Source: a virus (Duplodnaviria > Caudoviricetes). Taken from it: DNA of 41,314 nt. The notes under the pieces were generated by a model, which worked only from the letters and a program-made list of their open reading frames with translations, had not been told where the DNA came from and searched no databases. The stretch lies in the IMG/VR virus record IMGVR_UViG_3300049182_000023, positions 1 through 41,314 of that record. One strand, given 5' to 3'. The position numbers and the translations under genes are program-made. This document shows positions 16,505 to 26,531 of the stretch, one piece after another (the stretch's first letter is position 1; the number at the start of each line of letters is the position of its first letter).

Positions 16505-16617
16505 CGGGGGCCCCTTACCAGCCAGTTTGCCGATTCGGGCATCTGGCTGACGCACTGCGCAAACCCGGTCCCTGTTCACTTTTGTGTCTGCCTGAAGATA
16601 AACGGCAGCTAAATCAC

Positions 16618-16690
16618 CTTTGCACATTGTCATCCCATACTTGACTTAGTGCAAAGCGAGGTTCACCATCGCCCTTGACATAGCGCAAAG
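16618..16690. promoter_or_regulatory. Three 17-bp operators upstream of the rightward early operon
   Basis: CTTTGCACATTGTCATC (16618-16634), plus inverted copies CTTGACTTAGTGCAAAG (16640-16656) and CTTGACATAGCGCAAAG (16674-16690). Confidence 0.7.
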
Positions 16691-16716
16691 CTATTTTCAC
16701 TCAAGGGAACCAGGTC

Positions 16717-18427
16717 ATGCCTCCTCTGATCGACGCAACCGTCTCCTTCTTCGGCGAGCCTGAGCGCCGCCACGCCCTCACCCGCCTAGCCGACTGGCTA
16801 AACGACCTCGCAGTGCAGCTGTTCGACCTCGCTGGCCGGATTCGTGGGGGTGCGCGATGAGTGTGCATGTACTGGCCGTGATGGATGACGCCGCAGACAC
16901 CCTTGACGACAAGGGTCGTGGTCGCCTCGCGACTGATCTGTGGACAGCTAAGGCGGCCGTGGCGGAATTGCTCGAAGCAGCGCAAGACGTGAACAACGGC
17001 ATGTGCGCAATGAGCGTCGTCGAAACGCGACTGCTCGTCCGGCTGCGCAAGGCAATTGATCGCGTGCAGGGAGGTGCGTAATGGCCGCCCAACTCCGCCC
17101 CCGCTCCTACTACGAAGGCGAGTTCGACAGCTATGGCGCAGACGACATGCCGCCCGAGCGCCTGCCTGCTGGCTTTGCGATGGACGAGGACGTGGAAGCG
17201 CTCGCCGCTATCGATCCGATTCTTGCGCTGCCGCACCTGCGCCGCACCGCACTTACGCGCGGATTCCCTCGCGACAACATGTTCTACGGCGAGATTCGCC
17301 AGCGCGTTGTGTCGCCGCTGGACCGGAGGCTGCCATGAGCCTGCACCTGTACGACAAGGCGATGGCGGACTTCAACCGCATGTTCCGCAAGCAGGAAGCA
17401 GAGAACGGCATCTGTAGCGATGACGACGTGTGCGAAGAAGACCGCGAGCCGCCCGTCCTGGTCGGCATGTTCGACCCGATCCCCATGCCTCGCGATCCGT
17501 ATGGGTGCGAGAACCCGGTTAGCCAGGAGGACTCGGAATGACGAAGTTCACTCCAGGCCCGTGGACAGCCGTGGGGACCATTGTCCTTTCGCCAGATACA
17601 TGCGGCGAGGTTGGTTGCTGCGGAATCGCCGAATGCTTCCACGGTTCGCAGCCAGAGATTGCGGAAGCGAATGCACAGCTGATAGCCGCCGCGCCGGATT
17701 TGCTGGAGGCGCTTCGCAATCTCTCAGCCACCGTGGACGCAGCAATTCTTTCCGGTGACTGGAAAGTGGATGGCGCTTGCGATCCGGACATGGACATCAA
17801 AGCAGCACGCGCCGCAATAGCCAAAGCCACGGGAGGCCAGTGATGGACTGGAACCTATCAGACAGCGCCTATCGCAAGCACTTGGACGAGTCGCCGTTCA
17901 ACTTCTTCATCGGCTGCATTGCGGTGTGCGCAGCGGTTGGGATTTTCGTCTACGCGGTGATGCGCATGTTTGGCTGGGGGTTGGCATGAACAAGTTCCTG
18001 GACTTCATCTTCAGCGCTAGCGGCAACGTGCTGGTGGGAGTGGTGATCTTCGTTTGGTGCATTTTTGATCTGTCGAGGGGCGTATGAGCAACGAGAACGT
18101 AAAGGTTCCTTTGACCATCGAGCTACGCGCTGGCGATGTGCTTGTGGCTGTGTCGGAAAACGTTGGCCTGTGGGGCGGCGTTCTCGTGGAAATCTTGAAG
18201 GAGATTCCGCCGCACGAAATGGGGCTCAGTGGAGAGCAGGAATGAACAAGTTCCTAGTCTCCCGCCTAGCCACGACGCGAGTCTTGCCAATGTTCGCCGC
18301 AGCAGTGGAGAGCCAGCGGAATCGCGAGCTGTACATCGAGCAATCGCGCCGCACCGTTGCAGGCGTTCGCGCCGAGTTCCCGAAGCCCCCGTCATCCGCA
18401 ATAGACCTCATGGAGGCCGCCAAGTGA
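16717..18427 (+). other. Chain of about 9 small coupled early hypothetical genes
   Basis: Consecutive ATGA/TAATG/TGATG-coupled ORFs: 16717-16860, 16857-17081, 17081-17338, 17335-17541, 17538-17843 (FTPGPW...ANAQLIAAAPDLLEAL), 17843-17989, 17986-18087, 18084-18245, 18242-18427. Confidence 0.65.
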
Positions 18428-18921
18428 TCGGTGCGCCCAAAAACGATCGCGCCAAGATGCTTGCGTACCTGGATCTGAAATCTGTTCCGGTGCCAGAGAG
18501 CGGATGCTGGCTGTGGATCGGTACCACACGTTCTGACGGTTACCCGCGCGCCTACTGCACGGGCGATGGCAAGGCCACTTGCGCGCACAGATTGTCCTAC
18601 TGGCTGCACACGGGCGTTCAACCGGGCTCAATGTTTGTTTGCCACAAATGCGATACGCCGACATGCATTAACCCCGACCACCTCTTTCTAGGCACCCCGA
18701 GCGAAAACATGCGTGATATGGCTCGGAAGGGTCGCGCAAAGTGCGGCTCGGCCAAGCTGACAGAGCAAGACATTCTGGAGATCAGAGCGTCAAACGACGA
18801 TAGCCACACCCTAGCCAAAAGACATGGGGTTTGCTTCCAACACGTCAGACGGATCGTAGCGGGAGACCTCTGGAAATTTGTGTCATCACCCGCTAGTGCG
18901 GGTGGCGGGGCAAACCGGTGA
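18424..18921 (+). CDS. HNH endonuclease
   Basis: SGCWLWIG, AHRLSY, VCHKCDTPTCINPDHLFLGT...NMRDM. Confidence 0.88.
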   Translation: MIGAPKNDRAKMLAYLDLKSVPVPESGCWLWIGTTRSDGYPRAYCTGDGKATCAHRLSYWLHTGVQPGSMFVCHKCDTPTCINPDHLFLGTPSENMRDMARKGRAKCGSAKLTEQDILEIRASNDDSHTLAKRHGVCFQHVRRIVAGDLWKFVSSPASAGGGANR

Positions 18922-19361
18922 GTGCGGTTCACACGCTACCTCCGCGCAATAGGGACAAAGCGATTGATTCGCTGCTCCCGGTGTTGCGGCTGTTCCAAGA
19001 GGGCAAGCCAGTCAACGTGAAGTTGAGTTTGGCTAGGCCCGAGCGGACACCGAAGCAGCTTCGTTACCTGCGCGGAGTGGCGGTGAAGCTCCTTTCCGAG
19101 CATGCCGGATACGAACCAGACGACGTTCACGAGTACCTGTGCGGATCGTTCTGGGGCTGGCGCTCAGAGAAGTTGCCAGGTGGTCGCACGCGAGAGGTTC
19201 CGATTCGCACAACAACTGTAGATGAGGACGGAAACAGGGACGTGATCGACGGCGACGTGTTCTGGCAATTCGTTGAGTTCTGCCAGCGTTTTGGCGCAAG
19301 ACACGGAATCGTTATCCCCGACCCAGACCCGAACTACAAGATCAAGCGAGGCACGACATGA
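18918..19361 (+). CDS. NinB/YbcN-like protein
   Basis: RTPKQLRYL...VHEYL...TT...GIVIPDP; located in the recombination module. Confidence 0.6.
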   Translation: MSAVHTLPPRNRDKAIDSLLPVLRLFQEGKPVNVKLSLARPERTPKQLRYLRGVAVKLLSEHAGYEPDDVHEYLCGSFWGWRSEKLPGGRTREVPIRTTTVDEDGNRDVIDGDVFWQFVEFCQRFGARHGIVIPDPDPNYKIKRGTT

Positions 19362-19876
19362 CTGACAAGACCCACTACCGCAAGGCATTCGATTCGCCCT
19401 ATCTCAGCAGCGCGGACATTGTTGAGCCGACGACGCTCACGATTAAGCGCGTGACGCTGGAGAAGGACCGCACGAAGAAAACGAAGGAATTGTTCAACAC
19501 GGCATGGTTTGTCGAGAAGGAATTGCGCCCCGGCGAAATTCTCAAGCCGATGATCCTCAACGCCACGAACAGCAAGACCGTCAAGGCGCTGACCGGCTCC
19601 CCGTACATCGAAGACTGGAACGACGTGCGCGTCACGGTCTACGTGGACAAGAACGTCAAGTTTGGCAACGAGATTCTGGAGGGCTTGCGGATCAGTCCGA
19701 AGCCGCCAGGCCGTAAGCAGCTCACGCCAGACCAAAAGGTCAACTGGGAGAACGCGAAGAAGGCTTACATGCGTGACGGCAACCTGGAATCAGTGCTGTC
19801 CCGCGTTGATATCAGCGAGGCCCACCAACGCCAGCTCATCGTGGAATGCACGCCGGAGCAGGAGAAGGCCGCGTGA
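19358..19876 (+). CDS. Recombination-module protein (possible ssDNA annealing protein)
   Basis: Begins MTDKTHYRKAFDSPYLSSAD; lies between NinB-like and exonuclease genes. Function inferred from synteny. Confidence 0.5.
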   Translation: MTDKTHYRKAFDSPYLSSADIVEPTTLTIKRVTLEKDRTKKTKELFNTAWFVEKELRPGEILKPMILNATNSKTVKALTGSPYIEDWNDVRVTVYVDKNVKFGNEILEGLRISPKPPGRKQLTPDQKVNWENAKKAYMRDGNLESVLSRVDISEAHQRQLIVECTPEQEKAA

Positions 19877-20490
19877 TCTTCCACGACGTAGAACAGAACT
19901 CGCCCATTTGGGACGACCTGCGGATGGGCAAAGCGACCGCCTCGCAATTCGGCTGCTTCATGGCGAATTACGGCAAGGCGTTCGGCGAACCTGCAAAGGA
20001 CTACGCGCTGCGTCTCGCGCTGGAGATCCACACCGGGCGCAAGGCGGAGTACAGCTTCAAGAATGAACACATGGAGCGCGGTCACGCACAGGAGCCGCTG
20101 GCACGGATGCGCTACGAAGAAGACAACTTCGTGGACGTGACCAACGGCGGGTTCTTCTGCTGGGGCCGGTATGGAGATTCGCCGGACGGCCTAGTCGGCG
20201 AAGACGGCGTTGTGGAGTTCAAGGCTGTGATTGCCACGACCCACTACGCCACGATCCGGCGCGGCTCATTCGATCCGTCCTACCGCTGGCAGTTGGTCGG
20301 CCACTTGGACTGCACCGGCCGCCAGTGGGTGGACTTCGGCAGCTATTGCGCCGACTTCCCCGAAGAGAAGCAGCTGATCGTCCACAGGCTGCACCGCGAG
20401 GAATGCGCGGACGAACTCGCAAAGCTGCGCGAACGACGCGAGCAATTCCTGTCCCTCGTGGACGAAACCCTTACCCGTATCAGGAGCTAA
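19873..20490 (+). CDS. YqaJ/lambda-exonuclease family protein
   Basis: EQNSPIWDDLRMGKATAS, MERGH..EPLAR, DSPDGLV and EFK motifs. Confidence 0.9.
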   Translation: MIFHDVEQNSPIWDDLRMGKATASQFGCFMANYGKAFGEPAKDYALRLALEIHTGRKAEYSFKNEHMERGHAQEPLARMRYEEDNFVDVTNGGFFCWGRYGDSPDGLVGEDGVVEFKAVIATTHYATIRRGSFDPSYRWQLVGHLDCTGRQWVDFGSYCADFPEEKQLIVHRLHREECADELAKLRERREQFLSLVDETLTRIRS

Positions 20491-20493
20491 GAA

Positions 20494-20808
20494 ATGGCAA
20501 ACGAAACCGAATTTGTGAATGGCCTGATCGTCAAGGCTCCGAACGACAACGCGCCGGAGTACGTCAAGGCGAAGCTTTCAATCAAGAACGCCGAAATGAT
20601 CGCCTTCCTGCAAGAGCGCCTGAATCGCGGCGAGGAATGGACGAACGCCGACGTGAAGGTGTCGCAGAACAGCAAGTGGTACGCGGCGGTTGATAACTGG
20701 AAGCCCAATCAGGGTGGCGCGCAGAACCAGCAACGGACCGCGCAACGTGCGCCAGTACCTGCTGGTGAGGCTGGCCCCGACTCCAACGACGACGACATTC
20801 CCTTCTGA
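20494..20808 (+). CDS. ssDNA-binding protein-like
   Basis: Acidic DDDIPF C-terminus; follows the exonuclease. Confidence 0.7.
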   Translation: MANETEFVNGLIVKAPNDNAPEYVKAKLSIKNAEMIAFLQERLNRGEEWTNADVKVSQNSKWYAAVDNWKPNQGGAQNQQRTAQRAPVPAGEAGPDSNDDDIPF

Positions 20809-20815
20809 TGACTAC

Positions 20816-20966
20816 GGGGCGGCACGCATGAGCATTGACATGCAGCGCGGAGGCGAACACCACGCTGGTTCAAAAGGTAGGCACCTCGCCGGAATGCCGG
20901 ATCACGAGTTACGCCGCTGGCCCATCGCTAGGCAGCCATTGCAGGTAACCAATCCTGCCCGCCCCA
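20816..20966 (+). ncRNA. Candidate structured RNA with tRNA-like ends
   Basis: GGGGCGG (20816-20822) pairs with CCGCCCC (20959-20965). It is preceded by a T-arm-like GCAGG-TAACCAAT-CCTGC, with internal hairpins; the region is intergenic. Confidence 0.4.
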
Positions 20967-21156
20967 CTTACAACGACGGCAAGCGGTGAGTGCCGAGAAA
21001 ACCGCCGCACCGAGGATCGATGAATACCGGCAGCCCTGCGTCAACAGGTAACTGGACGAAGCAACCCCATCGAGGCTTAGGCGCCTGCCGGTCGGCGAGA
21101 TGACCGGAACGTTCTAACCCCCGCCCGAAGTGACTAGCCCGTAGTGGAGAGAGAGA

Positions 21157-24100
21157 TGAAAGAATTTACTTACGCCGAAGTCGTCGCGAAGGCCCCGCAG
21201 ATCAAGGCGGTGATGGGCGAATCTCCGACCGTGTATCTGCGTGACGAGCCGAATCCTCCATACGAAAAGGCGTGCGAGTTTGAGGCTGGAAGCTCGGTGC
21301 GGCTTGGTACGCACGTCAGCGGCTACTTCACCGCCGTTGTGCAGGGCGTCCGCTGCCGCTGGAGTTTTGATCTGGAGAGCTATGGAGCGAGCGGAACCGG
21401 CCAACTTGCTCCGCGCACGGATGCTATTCGCGCCGTCATGGCGAAGCTAGAAGGCCGCGCCCGTGAACAATTCCGCGATTGGCTGGTTGAAGTCGCGACG
21501 AAGATCCGGACCGACGCCACCGAATGGCGCAATCACGCTGACGCCTACATCAACAAAGCGAACGTGCTAGCTGACATTGCGGGTGCCGCATGACCCCCGC
21601 AGCGAAAGAGGGGCTGCCCGCCGTTGTTGGGGAGCTGGTGGCGAAGTGGCGCGGCGAGAAAGATGGAAGCGGTACGCCGTGGGCCGCCAACTACAACGGC
21701 GCGCTTGAGGCTTGCGCGAAGGACTTGGAGAAAGCCCTTTCCGCCCTATCCCTCGCCGAGCCGGGGGAGGCGGTGTCTGTTGCACGACTCACTGTCTATG
21801 CAGGAACAAAGGCAATCACCGCGCGCATTCACGACGTGGCGCACAGCCTCTCTCCGGGCACGCACAACCTATACACCCACCCAGCCGCGCCCGCAGGGGT
21901 GAGTGAGGCGGCGATGGTTTCGAAGGCACAGAAGATCGTCACAGCTATGTGGGCGGCTTGGTATTCCAGCGACGGAACTTCGCCGTTTGAGCCTGCGGAC
22001 AACTTGCCGGACCTGTTGAATCAGATCGGCAACACGTTGCTTAACGTTCCGGCGGTTCAGGCCGCAAATGATGTTCGATTGACTGCGGTCGCTGGGTTTC
22101 TGGCAGCCCTACAGGAGCCGCGCAAGCCATGACTGACCATATCGAAGTGCTGCGCGGAATGCGTGAGGCCGGAGAGGCTCGCTACAACTCGTCCGCGTTG
22201 CGCGCCCTAGACGCCGCCATCTCCGCACTGGCCGCGCAGGGTGGTGATGGAGAGTTACGTCGTGCTGCTGGGATGGTCGTCAATGCGGCTGCGGCAAGGA
22301 ATGTTCTAGCGATGTTCCAGGCTGCTGAGCGCATCGGAAAAGCGCTTCAGTCATCGCCCCCCGTGCCCGTGGAGCGTGGGGAGGATGCCGTATGCGAAAT
22401 GAGAATCTGCGAAGTGCGGCACCTAATCTTGCGCAAGGACCGATTGTACCGATTCACCGTTGATCCCAACTGCGAGAAGTGTCGCGAGACAGCTATGGCA
22501 TACGAGCCGCAGCAGCATTCACCGAAACCCCAGCCCGCCGCGCACGTTGAAGAAGGCGCGAGGGTGACGGATGCGGTTCCTGCAAATTGCCGGGCGCGCC
22601 TGATGCAAGAGGGCAAGCCCTACGCACGAAGCTCTTGCGCCGTGTGCGGGCACTTCTCGCCGCGTCACAACGAATGCACAGCCGCCCTCAAGCGCGCGGA
22701 GAAGGGAGAGGGAAATGGCTAAGTACAGCGTTCTGGTGTTGATCGACTGCACGCGCCTTGTCGAAGTGGAGGCAGATAGCGAAGCCGAGGCAATCGACCT
22801 TGCGATGGATGAAGCCTGCGGCTCTGCCAGCGATGACGTGGAAATCGGCGACCCGATGCGCGTCTGCGAAGTGAACGGACAGGCCGTGGAGCACACGCCA
22901 TGACAGGAGAGCCGCCGATGGCCGGTGAAGAGAACGAGTGGGTGCGGGTGCGGCGTGAGTTGTTGGAATCGTTGCTTAAGCGCGATGAGATTCCGTACCT
23001 CAATGGCGAATGCGAATGCATCAACCGTGGTCGAGCATCAGAGCGCGAATACGAATCTGGAATCTGCCCGCACCAACGCTTGCGCGCCATGCTCGCCGCC
23101 GCCCCCACGCCGGAGGATGGGCGGGGGGATGCGGACACGAAGCGTCTGGACTACATCGAGCGCACGTTCTCCGGCATGACGAACCGCGAACGCTATCTGC
23201 CGGTAACGATGATTTGGGGCAAGGGCTGCAACGGGCGAACGCTGCGCGAAGCCTGCGACAAGTACATGAAGCGAGACGCGCAGGCCGAGCGCCAGGGGGA
23301 GTCGGAATGAAGTTTCTCACTGCGAATCTTTACAGTCCGCTTGACGTTGTATGGCTGGTTTGGTTCACGCTGGCATGGAATGACGGCTTGCACGTCTTCG
23401 CCATTGCGTTCGCCATTGCCGGTGGATTCCTGTCAGGCGCACTAACCGGATGGACCAACCGCCGCCACGCCCAGCGGCACGGGGGGCGAGAGTGAACATT
23501 CTTCGCGACATGCTCGCGCGCCGCTGGATTCGCCGTCGCATCGCGAAGCGCATCCTTGCGTGCTTCGACGGCATCGACCTAAACCGTCATTCCTTCGTCG
23601 CCGATGGGCGGACGCTTAGGACGCAAAGCGGCGAGGAACGGTTTTATCAGGCAGGCGAGATCGACCGCGCCATCGACCGCATAAACGAATTGATGAAGGA
23701 GCTGCGGGCATGAAAGTCGAAATCGAATTGCAGCCGTTCACCGTGCCGAACTTCGTCATCGCAAGGACTAAGCCGGGGTTGCGGCAGGAAGGCATGCAGG
23801 AGCAACCGAAGTTTGCGCTGCGTGATCTATCCCCCGAAGCGCTGGCCGAGCTGTGCGACCACTTCCGGCGCGAGGTGTTCATCAAGGCGGACAAGGTGGA
23901 TCCGGAAGCCTTCCGCGTCCGGTCCGGCCGTGGGGAGATGAATCGTGAAGATTGAACTATCGAAGGATGGGCAAGTTTGCCGCGAGGTCGTGTGGCTTAC
24001 TGCATGGTGCATGGTCGCCACCGCGAGCAATTGCACCGATAAGAACGCAGCTACCGCGTGGGCTGATACGTGCCTGCATGAGTTCGACAAGCGGTTCCCC

Positions 24101-24326
24101 TCCCCCAGCGAGGGAGCGAATGATGGCTAACCAAAGAACATGGTTTGCAACAAACGTAAACCACTGGGCTGAATCGGTCAGCGACCCTGACTACTTGCCG
24201 TTCTATTACGTAATCTCCGTGCGCGGAGTGATCCTGGAGCGCCCTGACGGCGAGATCCGCAAGTTTCGCAAGATGGAGACTGCCCAGCGTGCTGCGGAGA
24301 AGCTGGAGCGGGAGCTTCGCGGATGA
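21157..24326 (+). other. Chain of about 10 coupled accessory hypothetical genes
   Basis: ORFs 21157-21593, 21590-22132, 22129-22722, 22715-22903, 22900-23310, 23307-23495, 23492-23713, 23710-23955, 23945-24130 and 24123-24326; all end in TGA or TAA. Confidence 0.65.
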
Positions 24327-24661
24327 GCGCTGCCGAGAAACTGCCGGAGATGTATACCGAGGACGAGGCGGCGGCTTATTTCAAGAAGTCCGTCATCACC
24401 CTACGACGCTGGCGCAAAGCTGGGTTGATTGGCAGCAAGAAAATCGGCCGCGATGTTTTCTTCACCGCAGAACATATCCGCGCCTACCTGGAGTCCGTTG
24501 AATGTCCCGCATCGTCTACCGCATCACCGACGAGTACGCCATCGTTGAACGAAAGGGGTCCGCGAACCTCTACCTTGAGTGGCGGGAGAAAGGACAGAAG
24601 GTCGGGCGCTCTACGGGCAGTAGCAGCCTTGACGACGCCAAGCGACGCGCACGAGAACTAA
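24323..24661 (+). CDS. xis: Excisionase-like HTH protein
   Basis: YTEDEAAAYFKKSVITLRRWRKAG...KIGRDVFF; overlaps the integrase start. Confidence 0.7.
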   Translation: MSAAEKLPEMYTEDEAAAYFKKSVITLRRWRKAGLIGSKKIGRDVFFTAEHIRAYLESVECPASSTASPTSTPSLNERGPRTSTLSGGRKDRRSGALRAVAALTTPSDAHEN

Positions 24662-25704
24662 TCCTTGAGCTGGCCGAGATCAAGGACGCGGAGCCTGCGG
24701 AAGCGGGCCTGCTGGCGATCCTTGAGCGGTACTACCTGAAACGGGGGAAGACGCTCCCGAGCGCATCCACGGCGAAGCGGTCGCTTGCTCTGTGGAAGGA
24801 ACACTGGGGCGATGAAAAGACCGTCGCAGACCTGACTGTGAAGGCACTGGAAGCCTTCATCGAATGGTTGCGAGGCAAGGGATATGCAGACGGCTACGTG
24901 CGCCGCGTCGTGGGATTCGGACGCACGGCCACGAACTGGGCCTGGAAGCAAGGCGAGCTGCGGCAGGTGCCCTTCATCGAACTACCGCAGGGTGGCGAGT
25001 CCTACCCGCACAAGGCGACGCGCCAGCAGTTGGTAATGCTGCTCAACACGCCGCTGCCTGAGCACGTTTGGACCTACATCCTGATCCGACTGAACACAGG
25101 TTGCCGTGGCGATGCCGCGCTGGACCTTCAGCCTTTCCAAGTCGATTGGGAGGACAACGCCATCAGGCTCAACCCAGCAGGCCGCAGGCAGACCAAGAAG
25201 CGTCGCCCCGTGGTGCCGCTGACCAAGACGCTCGCCGCCCACCTGAAGACGCTACAAGGCGTGGAGTACTACGCCGGGTGGCATGGCAAGCGCACCCGTT
25301 CGCTAAAGACAACGTGGCGGAAGATCCGGACGAAGGCGAAGCTCCCGGCATGGTTCGCCCCGAAGGTGCTGCGACACACAGTGGCTTCAGAGCTGCGCAG
25401 GCGCGGCGTCCCGAAATGGGACGTGGCTGGCTTGCTCGGGCACGAGGAGCACTCTGCATCGGCCACTACGGGCGACTACGCAAAGTTCGACGGAGAGAAG
25501 GTACGTAAGGCGCTGGACGCCTGGATGGGCGACTTGGCGAAGGAGGTTCCGGCCCTAGTCGGGGTCACCTCGGGGTCAGTCAGGCGCACAAAGAAAAACG
25601 GCGCAACCCCTGAGAGCCGCGCCGTTCCTAGTTTACAAGTGGTGGGCGGTACAGGGTTCGAACCTGTGACCCCTACCATGTCAAGGTCACGGAAGATCAA
25701 GTGA
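24502..25704 (+). CDS. int: Tyrosine integrase
   Basis: TGCRG (R), KVLRHT, LLGH and TTGDYA (Y) catalytic motifs; 400 aa. Confidence 0.93.
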   Translation: MSRIVYRITDEYAIVERKGSANLYLEWREKGQKVGRSTGSSSLDDAKRRARELILELAEIKDAEPAEAGLLAILERYYLKRGKTLPSASTAKRSLALWKEHWGDEKTVADLTVKALEAFIEWLRGKGYADGYVRRVVGFGRTATNWAWKQGELRQVPFIELPQGGESYPHKATRQQLVMLLNTPLPEHVWTYILIRLNTGCRGDAALDLQPFQVDWEDNAIRLNPAGRRQTKKRRPVVPLTKTLAAHLKTLQGVEYYAGWHGKRTRSLKTTWRKIRTKAKLPAWFAPKVLRHTVASELRRRGVPKWDVAGLLGHEEHSASATTGDYAKFDGEKVRKALDAWMGDLAKEVPALVGVTSGSVRRTKKNGATPESRAVPSLQVVGGTGFEPVTPTMSRSRKIK

Positions 25705-25801
25705 ATCAAGCACTTCCGCGATCATGGGCGAATCATCGCGATCACGTAGATTCAACGACTTACCACCACTTCGGGGTCACGACGGGGTCAGTGCGGGGTC
25801 A
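25560..25801 (+). repeat. Integrase arm-type sites, CGGGGTCA x5
   Basis: Copies at 25560 and 25571, then 25772, 25783 and 25794 (11-bp period), flanking the att core. IHF-like AATCAAGCACTTC at about 25704. Confidence 0.75.
25640..25687 (-). other. attP core: 3' half of tRNA-Val(GAC), inside the int ORF
   Basis: Minus strand ACCTTGACATGGTAGGGGTCACAGGTTCGAACCCTGTACCGCCCACCA contains the GAC anticodon loop, T-arm and CCA; there is no 5' half. Confidence 0.88.
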
Positions 25802-26108
25802 CCACCCGCTCCGGCCGATACGCCACCAGCCCGTGCTTCCGCTCATGCTCCCGCATCGCGCGCCAGATGGCTTCCTCGTTCGCCGTGGCCCACCGCTCGG
25901 CCCAGTAGATCGCCCGATCCTTGCTGCGTGTCACCACCGATGGTCGCGGGTCCGTCCAGCGCCGCACCGTGCTCAGCCAGTTGCCGTCGATCCGCAGCGT
26001 GACCAACGCGACCTCAAACCCCTGCGCGCCGCCCAGCCTCAGCGACACGTCGCCGAAGTCCTTGCCGCCGACCAGATGCGGATACCAGCGGAAGCCTTCG
26101 GGGAGCAT
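25788..26108 (-). CDS. Hypothetical protein (106 aa)
   Basis: MLPEGFRW...WAERWA; last leftward gene before attP. Confidence 0.7.
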   Translation of the reverse strand: MLPEGFRWYPHLVGGKDFGDVSLRLGGAQGFEVALVTLRIDGNWLSTVRRWTDPRPSVVTRSKDRAIYWAERWATANEEAIWRAMREHERKHGLVAYRPERVVTPH

Positions 26109-26126
26109 CCGGAAATGGTAGTCGCC

Positions 26127-26531
26127 TTACGGCAGGACGCGGGCTGTGAAATCCACCGTCGCCGAATCGATGACCGTAGTGGTCGCTGCTACGCGGATCT
26201 CCACCAGCATGCTTGCCGAGGTCGTACCGGCCGCGTCGTCAGTGCGCGTGACATTCCATGAGCGCGACGTGGACAGGCTGAGCCACGATCCCACGGTGCC
26301 GCTGGTCAGCGCTCCGGAGTTCAGCGTGGCGCGCACTTCGTAGTCGGCTACGGTCCCCGTTACCAGCCACGTCCCGCTCGCAACGCCAGTGGCCTGCTCC
26401 GCGCCCGTGTTGGTCAGCGTGTACGTTGCTGATGCATTGGCCGGGGTGAGAACGGAGTGGGTCGGGTCAAGGCCCTGCAAGTCCACGGCGAACGCATTGC
26501 CCCCCGCCATCAATCCCAACGCACCAGCCAT
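26127..26531 (-). CDS. Tail fibre-associated protein (134 aa, no TAG)
   Basis: TGATG-coupled to the tail fibre; Thr/Ser/Gly-rich, beta-type composition. Confidence 0.65.
   Translation of the reverse strand: MAGALGLMAGGNAFAVDLQGLDPTHSVLTPANASATYTLTNTGAEQATGVASGTWLVTGTVADYEVRATLNSGALTSGTVGSWLSLSTSRSWNVTRTDDAAGTTSASMLVEIRVAATTTVIDSATVDFTARVLP

Noticed and set aside
25640-25687. A second functional tRNA gene
   Set aside because: Only the 3' half is present and it is flanked by arm-type repeats, so it is attP.
25560-25801. CRISPR-like or mini-array repeat
   Set aside because: The 8-bp units at 11-bp spacing around the att core fit integrase arm sites; there are no spacers or cas genes.
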